64,000 nucleotides of DNA from Blastocystis sp. Blastoise (GCA_039096225.1 JBBPEB010000007.1:682001-746000); one strand, 5' to 3'; shown: positions 19,452 to 32,897, numbered from the stretch's first letter. A program made the numbers and translations. The notes: generated from the sequence alone by a model not told the origin.

Positions 19452-20079
19452 TTAAAATTCAATGTAAGATATAACAATTGAGAGATAATAATTATCTAAA
19501 CTCAAGCGTAGGCTGGCGTAGCCAGTCGTGAAACGCTTGTAATCATTTAATTTACTGATTTCACTAAATACTGATAGATATTCTTTAATTATTTGAAAAA
19601 TTAATATGAACAATTGACTTCCTTCATCGACAACTAAACATTCATTTTCTTTCTTAAAGATAATTCTTGCTTGTATTAATTCTTCATTATTTAAAACGTA
19701 TGGAATAAACCTTAAACGTGACTATAATATTAAAAGTGTATCATAATGGTATAAATTATTATAATTACTTTTACGACCTTTGTTGATGACATAATTGATG
19801 TTACTTTAATACCTTTTTTTAGAGCCTCTCGTCGAAAAAAAATTTCCATATCATAGTCCAGTTTCTTATATTGTTCTATAATTATTATTAATTATGAGAA
19901 ATATATATATATATACTACTTTGTGTTGTATCAAGAAGTGACAAATAGAATTCACGAAATTGATTCAGAAATTCTACTTTGAATTTTTTTATTCTAATGA
20001 TTTCATCGGTAGATAACAATTCAACCTCAATTTTTCTATTTATTATAACAAAATAATATTTATAATACTTTCTAGGCAT
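19452..20079 (-). CDS. Small 3-exon hypothetical protein (about 167 aa) carried inside the transposon
   Basis: Exons 20079-19917, 19875-19805 and 19721-19452 splice at GT-AG sites into an uninterrupted frame: MPRKYYKYYF...KQYKKLDYDMEIFFRREALKKGIK/SRLRFIPYVLNNEELIQ...IEF*. Confidence 0.55.
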
Positions 20080-21500
20080 TTTTAAATGAAAATAAAAAAT
20101 ATATGATTTTATGGTTTTCTTTTATTCATTCTCTGTAAATTCTATAAAAAGTAAAAAATATTTCTTTGTGTTTACATATAAATAAAAAAAACAAATACAA
20201 TAATATTAATCATAAAAATGTTATCAGCTAGTTATGTTAAGAAAACATATTTATATATCAAATTTAGTGATTGATACAATTTATAAGAAATCTGTTTTTC
20301 TTTAGCTAACAATCAACTAAAAACAAAAACCAGAATGAACTAGAATACCTTATATTATATATATATATATTTAAGAAGATTATAATGTAAATATATTGAT
20401 CAATTTAGTAAAACAAAAGAATATTTAAAATATAATATAAAGTTTGCATCAAGTATTGTTAATCTATATATATAATAAATAATTTATATAATATATTCAT
20501 TATATATGTATATATATATATACACTCTTAGAATAATTATTGTATCTGCCAAATATAAATAAGACTAGTTAATATAATCTAAAACCATTAATTAGAAGTT
20601 GCTATCTATTTCTAAAAGTATTTCGAATAAATGAAATGATAGGAGAATATATAAAGAAAAGAAGAGTGCCGATTATATAGAAAATAGGTCAGGACTATTC
20701 TTATAGAAGAAACCACTTATATAGAAAAGAGTACTTTAATATCTCATATAGTTTATATAGATAAACAAAGAAATAATATCTTCACTTTAGCAATTATTAA
20801 TAATCGATTAAGTAAATAAACAAATCATAATCATTTGTACTTATTCTTCCTTTTAAAAGCAATAAAGTAATTCTATTTAAATCATTCAAAATATGAGCAT
20901 ATTTCTATCAAAAATGCATAACTATATGAAATACCTAAATATGTATTAATTAACATGTTAATAAAAGTAATAATTGACAATAATACAGTTGACTTTATTA
21001 AGATTGACATTCACATAATTTTAATAAAATTTAATTCAACTGGGCACTCCAATTTTGTCTCCAATTGCAACATATTTCAAATATATTATACATAAATAGA
21101 TGTGATCTCTATTTCTAAATAGCAAACCATAATATTAAATAGTATTTACAAAATAGAAAGAATCTTCAATTATTTTTCTATTCATGGTTATCCATATTTT
21201 TTTACAAGAATATATACATTTTCCATGAATCTGATGTTTTCATTTAAAACTTGAAGTAATTTCATATTATATTGAAATAACAACATAAAGTGAAGAATTC
21301 ATTGTATTTCCAGGTGCTATTTGAAATTACAAAGGTATCTAATAAAATAATTATTTTTTTGTAAAATTGATTATACAAAATCATATATCATATTGATTAT
21401 TTCTATTCACTTTCAATAATATTATTAAGAATAAATATACCTATTCCAATCTGTATTTTACATGATATATATAGAATGACACACCGATTATATTCAAATA

Positions 21501-21706
21501 ATGGCTTCCCGAATAAAAGAAAAAAATAAAGAAACAAAACATCATGAAGAAAGAAATATAGAAGTCAATGATAATTCAGTGGACATATCACACGATGATG
21601 TAATAGAACCTATAGTTTCAAATGAAGGATCTAATATAACTGGAAATGATCCTTTAATCTCAAAAATCATTAATATGATTTTGAAAGATAACGTATTTTT
21701 ATTATA

Positions 21707-21753
<47 letters not shown>

Positions 21754-22968
21754 TACATATATATATATATAGATATATATATATAGATACATATATATAT
21801 ATATAGATATATATATATAGATACATATATATAGATACATATATATAGATATCAAATGAGAATCATGGTTCTAATGGAGTAAATGAGAAGATAGAGAAGA
21901 TTATATTTGAATTTTGGATTTCATTAAGAATTAGTATGGAAAAAATTAAGAATATATATAAATTTGTAAATGATATAATTGAAATAATAAATCCATCAAT
22001 AAATAAATTTGATATTCCTCTTTATGGTCAACAGGTAGTACAAAAATTAATAAGATTAGTACCTAATAAAGTTTCTACTCTTAACATATATGTATCAGAT
22101 TGTTGTAATACTATTCTTGGATATAATAAAGGTAAAGAATCAATAGAGATAGAAAAAAGGACTTGTTCAAATAGTATTTGTGAGGTGAAATCAAGTATGA
22201 CAATAATATTATATTTTTAATATATAAGATATGCATTATTGTTTATTTAGGTAGAAGAATAACAATTGTACCTATAATACCAAGGATAAGACAAATGCTA
22301 AAATCAAAAACAATGATCCAAGATATTTCTTTTTATAAAAAAGAAGATATATTATCAATAATTAATTCAGATCAAAATAGTATTCCAGATGATATTCCTC
22401 TTTTTTTAAGAAGTATTACATATAAGAAGTATATTGAAAGATTACTAGAAAATGGCGATATTCTCTTAGCCTTTAGTTTTACTTGTGATGGGATATCAGT
22501 ATTTTCGCATTCTTCTTCAGATTATAATAGATCCTCCTTTCCTCTATTAATAAAGCTATTAAACTATAATATTAAAAGAAATTATGATAAGAGATCTTTT
22601 TGGACTTATGCAATTACTTCAGAGTATCATAGTTGGCCTATAATGTCAATAATAGTTGAAGAGTTTAAACAACTTTCAAAGGGGATAGAAATGGATATAA
22701 TGATAAACAACACTATACAAAAAAGAAAGGTTGTTGGAATATTATTAAATGTATATGGAGACTATGCCGCTATGACGGCAATTGGTTGTTTCAGTGGACC
22801 ATCTTCTATTTTCCCATGTAGATGTTGCGAATTAGAAATAGGAAGAACAGACGAACATTTTCATGAAGGAATTAAATGCTCATTTGGAAGTGTATCTAAT
22901 CTTATTGACAAAAGTAATGATAATAATCAAATTAATGAAATAAAATTTCCAATAATTATCAAGAATCC

Positions 22969-23014
<46 letters not shown>

Positions 23015-25237
23015 TAATTATATTAGTATATTTTTTATAAATATATATTATTATGTTTATATTATATTACTTTTATCATTATTTCAATATTCCATTGATT
23101 ATCCATAATAGTATATATATTATTCTTTATTCTTCTTTATACTGATATTATTATTAGTACTACTATTATCCTTAGTATCTGTATTAATATCATATGTAGT
23201 TCAATATCTTATAGTTATTACTATTCATATAATTTTTCTTATATCGCCTCTATATTTTAAATAGTTGGTATAGTATACCATTATTGATATTATAATTATT
23301 TAAATTCATATTTACTTAATATTCATGATCCATAATAAAAACATTTTTATATATATTTCTAGTATTAGTTTCTTCTATATTTATATCTATTTTTGTTTCA
23401 TTTATATACATTTTTATATAATAGTAAATGTTACTATATATACATATTATATAGAAGATACATCTTGTCTTCTACCAAGAATAATTAAATCAATACCACT
23501 GGAATATATATATAATGATGCGTTTGAAATGAAGCAATATAATCAAAGGACAATGGATACTATAAGAACTCAAAGAAGTCTATGTGAAGAGAACGAATCA
23601 TATATGGGTGTCAAAAAGAAATGTTGCCCATTTGAAAGTATTCCCTTATTTGATATTTCAGCTAGTTTCAGCATTGATACAATGCACCTATTTAATAATA
23701 TTGTAACTCTATTTCTATCCTTATTATTTGGTTTTAACACTGAGCATTACTCTTCACTAGTTTCAAAAGATAGTAATACTGAAGGAGTTGAAGTAGTTAA
23801 TAAATATTGTTTGTCTAAAGAAAACATGAATATTTTGAATACAAGAATAATCAATCTTAATACTTTATATAATAAATATGAATATGAGTTTAGATTAATC
23901 ATGAATAAAAAGAAAATATCATGTGTTTCTTCGCATACAAGAATATTCTTCTTTTCAGTTATATTACCTCTTATTACTCATGATTTCAATATAGAAGATT
24001 CTTCAATTATTCTCCTTATCGATCCTTTAGCTACAATAATTAGAGAAGTTGAATATGATAAATTATTTATGTTAAATAACAATATAGAAATACTACGAAA
24101 ACAATGTTATCTTTTTAATTTCTTATGTGAAGTTTTATTGCCTCGAGAGATTATCAATTCACAAATACATCTACTTCTTCATTTAGCTGATTCTATACAA
24201 TCAGTAGGGTCATATTTATATGGCTGTACATATGAATCAGAACGTTTTTACTCCAAAATAAAGCGGATAACATTTGGAAGAAGATGTTTTAATGAATCAA
24301 GTATAAAAAAACTTATACAAGAAGAAGCTTGTTTTATTAATGATTTTTCTAATATAAATAATAGAAATGTTTCTCCACCTATGTTAGCTGATTTAGAGAA
24401 TAATGTTGAAACCAATATCATTCATGATAATGAATATCAATCCCATAAACAATTTAAAACAATTAGATATGCTGAGAATAACTTTATTCATTCTGTAAAG
24501 GGTTTAAGAGAGTCAGAGGAGAAAGATCTTAATGAACAAGAAATATATTATCTTATAAAAGAATTGATTTTACTTAATGATACTACCATAAATCAACTAT
24601 TATTTAAAGATATTAATATGGATTTGCTCACAAATAATATAAATTTACTAGATCATAATTCATCTTATAATAAACTAAAAGAAAACTTGAAATTATTATC
24701 CATTTTTTATTATTCCGAAATTCTTATCAATGAATCATTAGTGTTTACAAGTACAGAGGAAGACGAAGGAATAGAGTCACTAGATAACTCCTATATTGCA
24801 TATAATGCAACAGATATATCAAATGTGAATACAATTCATCTAATAAAGTCATTATATTATATTCAAATAAATGATATAGTATTTATAAGAAAACATGAAT
24901 ACCCTGTTTCACAACCATCAGTTAGCAGATTATATTATATAATAAATAATTCAAATGATTCTGTTCCAATAGAATCTAAATATGGATGTCCATTCTTAAT
25001 AATCAATAAGATTATTCCTGATAATATTATTATTTCAGATATACATATAAAAAGGAAGGGTGAAGATGAGGATGAAGAATATAATCAAGTATATAATTAT
25101 TATATATATTTTTCTATATTAAATTATTATAGGAAGATATACATTCTAAGAATTCAAATAGAAGAGCATACAATTCAAGCGATATTCAAACTAATACTGT
25201 TTTTACTACACGATACTTAAAATCTTTATGGTCTTAA
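21501..25237 (+). CDS. CACTA/EnSpm TnpD-like (Transposase_21/tnp2-type) DDE transposase, 5 exons, 998 aa, apparently intact
   Basis: Exons 21501-21692, 21849-22194, 22251-22970, 23455-25088 and 25133-25237 total 2997 nt. Motifs: [19 protein letters not shown] (D1), [13 protein letters not shown]....PCRCC (D2 plus CxxC), [39 protein letters not shown] (E). Confidence 0.88.
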
Positions 25238-27243
25238 AAATACATTTTCCCATATATAATAATTATTTTATTTATTTAATTTTATTTATTAATTTATATT
25301 AAAAATGATGGATTTCATTTAATTCTTATTAATTCTTATTTTGTTTCATTCGTATTTAATATATTAAGATACAATGGTATACATATATATTTATTTATCT
25401 TATTTATTTTTTATATATATTATTTAGTATATTAAGATATAACGGTATACATATATATTTATTTATCTTATTTATTTTTATATATATTATCATCTTTCAT
25501 ATATTTCCATATTGTTTATATAAATAACATCCTAAAAGATTTGATACAAAGATCATGGTTTATCATTAGGAGATAATATTCATAATAATCTTTTAATTAT
25601 ATTTTAAAATATGTATGATGTTAAAGTTATATATAAATGACATTTTAAGACACTTTGAAATACAATATTCTTCATAATATATTATTTTTAATTAGATAAT
25701 TGGTATCCATTTTATTTAATTCAACTATTCTAATTAGTTTGATAGTTATAATATCAAACTATTCAATAACATGCAATAATCATAGTAATATGAATCAATG
25801 AAGATTTATGTAAAGATAAACATTGATATTTCTCATTTTAATAAAATATACTCTAGATATTTTTATTTAAAGATATTTGCAAAAAATCTTTATCTTTAAG
25901 GCTTAAAAGAAATAATTCATATTGATTCGAATAAGGTTTCAACGAAAAATTGAATTAAAATAAAAGCATAATATATATAACTAATAATAGGAAAAAGATA
26001 TACATTTCTTTTTTTATCTATAAATAAGATCATAACAGAACATAATAAATATGGAGAATGTATAATTAATGATCAAATTGTTTTTATAAGTAATCATAAC
26101 TGTAAAAATAAAGAGTCACAGTAGTATAATAGAAAGTATAGTATAATTAAATTCTATTAATTTTAATCATAAATAATTAATGTTATTCTTTACAAAAGAA
26201 AAATTAATCAGAATAGTATTAAATAATAAAGAAATTACGTATGAAGTAGAACATTAATGGCTGATGATATGATAAACCAAATAATAATACGAAATATCTG
26301 TATTAAGTATAAGTATCATTAGTCAATTTAATAATATGACATAAGAATTCTGATTCTTTATTGAATACTAAAAAGAAATTTAAATAATTAAAACAAAAAT
26401 TAATGTTATATAAAACCATTAAAAAGAAGAAGAACTAAATAGAAAGAATATCCATTTCTGATTACTAACTACATAATTAGAAACTTGATGATTCAATTAT
26501 AAATAGAAGATTGAGATTTAAATTCAAGGTCAAATCAAGGAAAAGAAATATATTAGTTATAAATAATCAAGAAGTGTTTCAATAATGCAAATTATTTTCT
26601 TTCAAATAAATTAATTTATATTCAGAATAAAGTGCACCTAGTAATACCAGTTATGATAAATAATACTAAGAAATATAATGATAGGTTAAATAATTATTTT
26701 CACTTCGCTAAATTGATAACAGTATCAAAAATAGATTCTTATATAATAGAATTCGAGAAGAGATTACATAATATATTCTGATAAATACTAATAATATATG
26801 ATATATATTTCGAATTATGAAACAATTTTATTATAATTAAAATAAAGTAATGTGTTCAAAATGAAAAATATTAAGTAAGTTGAAAATGATATCTTCTACA
26901 CACTATTTGTTATTACAAAATATAATTTCTAATTTCCATATTCAATGTGTGAGAATCATATCGTTTTAAACAGTATCTTTAATAACAATTATTATTATTA
27001 TTATTATCTATTCATTTTAATCAGATAATGATATAGTTTAACATTTTCTATATATAAAAAAATGATTAATTTTATTGATAAGATTAATGACTGTTTTCTT
27101 ATAATATAATTCATTTGAAATTAAGAATACAAACATAAAGAAATAGAACATATGCCATTTTTGATTTATATATTCAAAAAGAAAGAAATTATAATCATAG
27201 TTAAATGTATGCAATAATCCTCACTATAGTAATTAATAGAATC

Positions 27244-27283
<40 letters not shown>

Positions 27284-27588
27284 TATTTAAAGATATGAAA
27301 CTAATTAGAAAACAAAGAAACTTTATAATAATGATTCCATGAAAGAGATTATATAAAACTTCAAACATAAAGGAAGTATCTTCTTTTATAAATGATTGTG
27401 CCGAAAAATGCTTTATATTCTCCTTGAACATATTTAGTTTTCAATTTTATATTCAATTAAAAATAATTAAATAATTCTTATTAAAAACTCTTACATTTAT
27501 CAAATTCAAAGTAGAATATTTCTTATACGTTAACTACTTTCCGAAAAAAAAGTAATCAATAAAACTTAATAATATCATGATCAACAAG

Positions 27589-27630
<42 letters not shown>

Positions 27631-30419
27631 ATCAAAGTCTTATTTAACAACAAGAATAGAAGAAGATAATAAAAGAGACTTATTATAAGGAGTTTTAAGC
27701 AGAAAAAGGAATTACTTAAGAAGATAATAATTAGCATTTGGAAATAAAAGTAATCGAATGAAAATAAATTGTAGTAAAATGGAATTAAGTTGCTTAACAA
27801 TATATTAATAGCATGAGATTTATCATTTTAATACAACATAATATAATTATTAATATAATTATTAGGTGATACGTATGTAATATAATATAAGTGTTTCTCG
27901 AATTTCTAAAAATAGAATCATTATTTACATATAGTATTAAAATTATATGATAATTTCATTAATCAATGAAATCAATATATGGTGATGTACAAATTAAAGT
28001 ATAAATAATTACATAATAGTAAGAGTATTAAGAAAACTATAAACAGTATAATCATAGTAATCAATGGAAACATGTAGTATGAATATGAATAAAATGAGGA
28101 TAACTATCATTATTACTAGTAGTATTATTGGTAGAAAATGTATAATTACATGAATAAGAAGAAATATGTATAATTTTGTTAGGTTACATTAATTAAAAAT
28201 ATAAGGATGTGTTTTTAATAATCTATATATATATTAACTTTTAAATAATATGGAATACTCCATTTTGTAGTAACATTTGTAATTCGAATATATGTTACAT
28301 TGACTCAGATGTAAGGGAAATATAAATAATAAAAAGTTTAGGTAAGGAAGAAATAATATTGATGAAACATAATAATATGATAATTAATAAAATTAATAGA
28401 ATTTTGATATCATTATTTTTATGTGAATCGTTATTAGTTGATTCAATACTCTCAGGGGATAAACAATAGTTAGATAATAGAAATATGAAGATTCATGTAA
28501 TCAAGATTCACCACAACAGTAGAATAAAAACTAGGATACTTATATGGTTATAATAATGACATAAAGTAATAATAATGGAAAATAATAATAATATGAAATG
28601 TTTATAATATCCTGGAGTGATCATGACCAATATCATTAAAAAAATATGAACATAGACATAATAAGTATACATTAATATGAGTAATTGTAACATTCTATAA
28701 TATAGAAGGAGTATGAATATCAGTAGTACTATTAAAACAAGAAAATACTCAGTTTTGAGCCATTATTTGTATGTAACATAATTTGATAAAAGTATAATAG
28801 TATCAGGAATATGAGTAGTAGTCACAGGAGGAATAAAGATAGTATATATATATAATATTTGCATTATAGCTATTATCATTTCTATTTCATAATTAATATA
28901 ATAGGAATAGTAAGAGTATTATAATGAAATTTTAGTTCATAACATTTAATTCTAAATACAGGAATAGAGCAAAAGTAATTTTTGAATAAATATCATTAAT
29001 AGCAATATTATTATTATATAACTCAATATTTGGAAGATAAGTAGCTTTAAAGCACTCCTATTAATAAATGAATAATATGAGCCTAGTATTTTTTTTACAT
29101 AAAAATTAGTATAATAGAATTATTAATAAGTTCGATAATATCTATTTCATTATATATAAAATATAAATAAGTATATGTAGATCTTTATGATAATGTTCAG
29201 TAGGATTCATTATAATAACGGAAAGACTAATAGCATAAGAAGTATTATAACAATAAAATGGATATATTTTGAATCTAGGATAGACATCTTGAATATTATT
29301 GAGATATTTAAGAAAATAAAAATAGTAGCAAAAATATATTTACATTATAATAGACTAATTCTGTAAATCAAATATTAATTATGAATAAATATTTATATAA
29401 AGACTGAAATGAAAATATGTGTTTTCTAACGTATAAATAGAAAAAGAATAAGAGACATAAATGCTGATTTTAAATTCTTAGAAATAATATTTCTTTTTTC
29501 AGAAAGATAAATGTATAGTAACAAGTAAATAGTTTAGAAGGTAGAATTGAGTTATCAATGTAGAAAGGCTACTCTTACTAAATAGAATCAGTATATATAT
29601 TTATAGAAGCACTTAAATGAGTATATAAAAATTAAAGGATTATGAGTAGATGAAGAAAAAATTCAAAATATATATTGATAATTCTAAACAAAGGAAGAGT
29701 ATAATTGAATTTTATAGTAATTCAATTCTTTTATTTATTTAAAAAGAATATAAGAATATGAAGATAGATATATGAATAGAATATAGGAGACAAAAAAAAT
29801 GTCAGAAGAAGATAAATTAATTCCAAATATAGATTTGTCTAATGGAAAAAGAGGTAGTAGTAATACAGGAATAAAAGTAACCAAAATATATATAACAATG
29901 AACATGGTAATACATTAATTCAAATCTTAATATGTAATATATATTTATCCAATAAGTTCGTTGAAAAGAATTATATTACAATTAGAAGCTTCAAAGAAAT
30001 TAATTTAGCTTTCAAATAGTCTACATAAAATGTAGTGACATAAACATACAAAAATATATATTCTGATTAGTAATTCTAGTTTTATATGATATTTTCTAAT
30101 CAAGAAGTACAAGAAGAAATACTATAAAATATATCTCATAGTATATAAATGCTAAAATTTTCAACATTAAATAATTATCAAACAAACTATTATATGAATA
30201 ATTAGGTAATAAATATTTATATACCTTTTTTTAATCTCTAAAATAGAAATTTTGACATTATAAAGAATTATCTGTTCTCTATCTTTATATAAAATAATAA
30301 ATAAATAAATAAAAAAAATATATATATATATAACATAATAATAAGAATAAAATAAAATAAAAATATAAATAATCAAGTTCTTCTCTATAATAATAATAAT
30401 TATATATATATATATATAC

Positions 30420-31360
30420 ATATTTAAGAGGATGATGAACTTTTATACAAATAAATAATGTTTCATTCACTAATGATTCTTTTACAATTTTTCTTTCAAG
30501 AACACATTGCTTCTTAGCATATTCATGATTATTTGCAGTAATAATGTTCATAATAGCACAAACATAAGGTACCAATAATAAAAAGGTGCCTATATATATA
30601 TAGTCATTCTTATTCTTTTATTATTATTATAAAGAAAACAAATATGAATCAATAATAAATGGCTACTTATAAGTTGATAATATAGAATAATAAAACAAAA
30701 TCATTACATAAAATAGAATACAGAATTCAATATAATATAGTAAATATATAATAGAATAATAATATACAGTATCAGATATAATAATAGAAAGAACATTATA
30801 ACTATTATATAGTTAAATAATCGTAGGATAATTACAATTCAATTGTTGAGTTAATTCCCTTTCTTTACTCTTTAAATCATTATGTTGTATGTTCACTTCA
30901 ATCTTTTTCATAGCTTCTTCTAACCTCTTCTTATATAATTATGATTCACTGATTCTTATACATTTTTTATACATTCATTTAATGGCTAGAGATAATAATA
31001 ATTATTGTTATAAATAATAATAATAATATATAAACCTATATTTTTCTTTAAAAGAATATAACGATCAACTGGATTCATAAATGGAGGCAAAAAATTAATA
31101 CTCTAAATAATATATAAAATAAGAAGCATAAAATGAATAAGAATAAACAATAATAAAAATATTATTTATATACGAAAAGTGAAAAATGGAAAAGTACTAA
31201 TGCAAAAAATAAAAATATATATAATATATTTATATACCTTCAACAGTGCCTGAGTTGTTGTTTGAAAGAAGGTAGACAAGAGTAACCAAAAACCTAAATG
31301 AATTAAAAATGAATCTAAAAAAATACCTCATAAGAAATAAGTCAACATGTGTATATCACA
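30420..31360 (-). pseudogene. Decayed multi-exon gene inside the element (cargo or accessory ORF)
   Basis: GT/AG-bounded exon fragments MRFLVTLVYLLSNNNSGTVE, SINFLPPFMNPVDRYILLKK, KRLEEAMKKIEVNIQHNDLKSKERELTQQLN and VPYVCAIMNIITANNHEYAKKQCVLERK, with stops and frameshifts. Confidence 0.5.
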
Positions 31361-32501
31361 AACCATCTTAAAAAAGAATACAAAGACTACCAGGTAGAAA
31401 GAGGGAATCCAGAATGCAAAATCTTAAAGAATTACGAAAAAATATATAAAATATTTTATAATTAAATACTGAAATAGCATGCCCTTATCATAGAAACATA
31501 CATAAACCTTTTAATAAGTTCTAGTTCTAAATAGAGACGTCAAATAAATAATTAATGCGAATTCACGTTTAAATTCAAATTTATTAGTCAAAAAAGAAAA
31601 ATTACATAAAAATTCAGTTTTATTGTTCTTTTGTTTTTTTTAGATATTTTAATAGTATTATAACCTGTGACAAGTCACATACTACACTATTATTAAATAC
31701 TCTTGAATCCCACTAATCATAACTTATAAACAAACTACTCATTTTCTTTGACTCTCTGATCTGTTTTTTTAAACGTTTTAAAACTACTGTTTCTAACTTT
31801 AAATACCTGTTTATTACGGAATCATTTCAAAATACAACAAATAGAAGGACTTTTCTTTGATTCTGTGAAAAACTAGTTTTTTTATAACCTCTGATATGTT
31901 TTTTTGATGAGGAACTTTTAGTAATAATAAAATCAAAAGAAAAAACGTTTCTAAAACCTTCATGTCCTCTGATATATATTAAAATATAAATAGACTCAGT
32001 TTTGAACAAAAAAAATATTCCCGTAATTATTTTAAAAATTCAAAACTCTGGTCTAACTGCCCATGATACAAATAGGCTCGGTTCAATTTTTCAGTGTAAA
32101 AAAAATATAATTTTTTGACTTTTTGGCTGAATTTTGGTTTTGACCCATAGAGGTCTTTTTATTCATTTTTACGCATACTTGTGACTCTAAGAAGGTCTAA
32201 ACTTTAAACAGAGCAACAAAAGGTTTTAAAATATTGACCCCATTATTTGTCGAAATTGCGACTTAAAACAAAATAAAAACGTTTTGGATATTATGTGACC
32301 TTATAAAACAAGAAAATATTGTCAATTCTTTGATAACATATGCTAAACATGAATTTTAGAGTCTAATAAAAAGTCAACTGAAAAAAAGTGTCAAAATTTT
32401 GTCAAAATTCACGATTTTTGCCTAAGTCTCTAAAACTACTCTTTTTTTAGTGGCTGAACAAATTCTGAACTGAAACTAGCCAATAATATATTTTAAAAAA
32501 A

Positions 32502-32520
32502 TGAAACCAGAATAACAGTG
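32502..32520 (-). repeat. Right terminal inverted repeat (...CAGTG)
   Basis: tgaaaccagaataacagtg followed by the TAA target duplication. Confidence 0.8.
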
Positions 32521-32584
32521 TAATGATTACTTTTTTATTGGAGTAATTAAATAAAATAATTTTTAAATATTATCAATTACATAC

Positions 32585-32897
32585 TTATCGTACATAGCAA
32601 GAGTATAAACGGCATTTAATTGAAGACAAACAACATATTCTTTATACCCATTGTTATCGGCATTCGTACCAGCTCCTTCATGGATAAGAACTCCAGTTGT
32701 ATCAGTTCCTTTAAATATCTTCTACGATTCTTCATAAGCATAATTCTTAAATTCTTTTCGAAGCATAAAAAGCGCACTAGGATAAGTACACAGCGATTGG
32801 ACTATATTTATTATGATTTAAAAGCAATAATAAATATTACAAATATACCTAAGGATATCAATCCTAAAATAATAAAAAGAGCAACGAATTGTCTCAT
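32585..32897 (-). pseudogene. Exons 1-2 of the giant surface-protein gene (signal peptide and first domain) with an in-frame TAG
   Basis: Exon 1 (32897-32849) is MRQFVALFIILGLISL. Exon 2 (32801-32585) is VQSLCTYPSALFMLRKEFKNYAYEES*KIFKGTD...VCLQLNAVYTLAMYD, with TAG at 32722-32724 where the paralogous internal domain has W (FKNYANEASWTL). The phase-2 donor GTATGT matches the acceptor at 13981. Confidence 0.85.

Larger units (their letters stand above)
14004..32520 (+). mobile_element. Giant (18,517 bp) CACTA/EnSpm (CMC) DNA transposon with cargo, inserted in intron 2 of the surface-protein gene
   Basis: Left end CACTATTAGTCTTTTTTCA; right end (reverse complement) CACTGTTATTCTGGTTTCA, 15/19 identical. 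Flanked by TAA at 14001-14003 and 32521-32523. Contains an EnSpm-type transposase. Removing it leaves an 84-bp GT-AG intron joining ..YTLAMYD(AA|T)YGDGWSSGAY in frame. Confidence 0.88.

Noticed and set aside
19503-19539. Hammerhead ribozyme or Helitron 3' hairpin
   Set aside because: No CTGA(N)GA core on either strand and no CTRR terminus downstream.
32722-32724. TAG reassignment (alternative genetic code)
   Set aside because: No other in-frame TAG in the conserved genes examined. A single TGG-to-TAG change is simpler.
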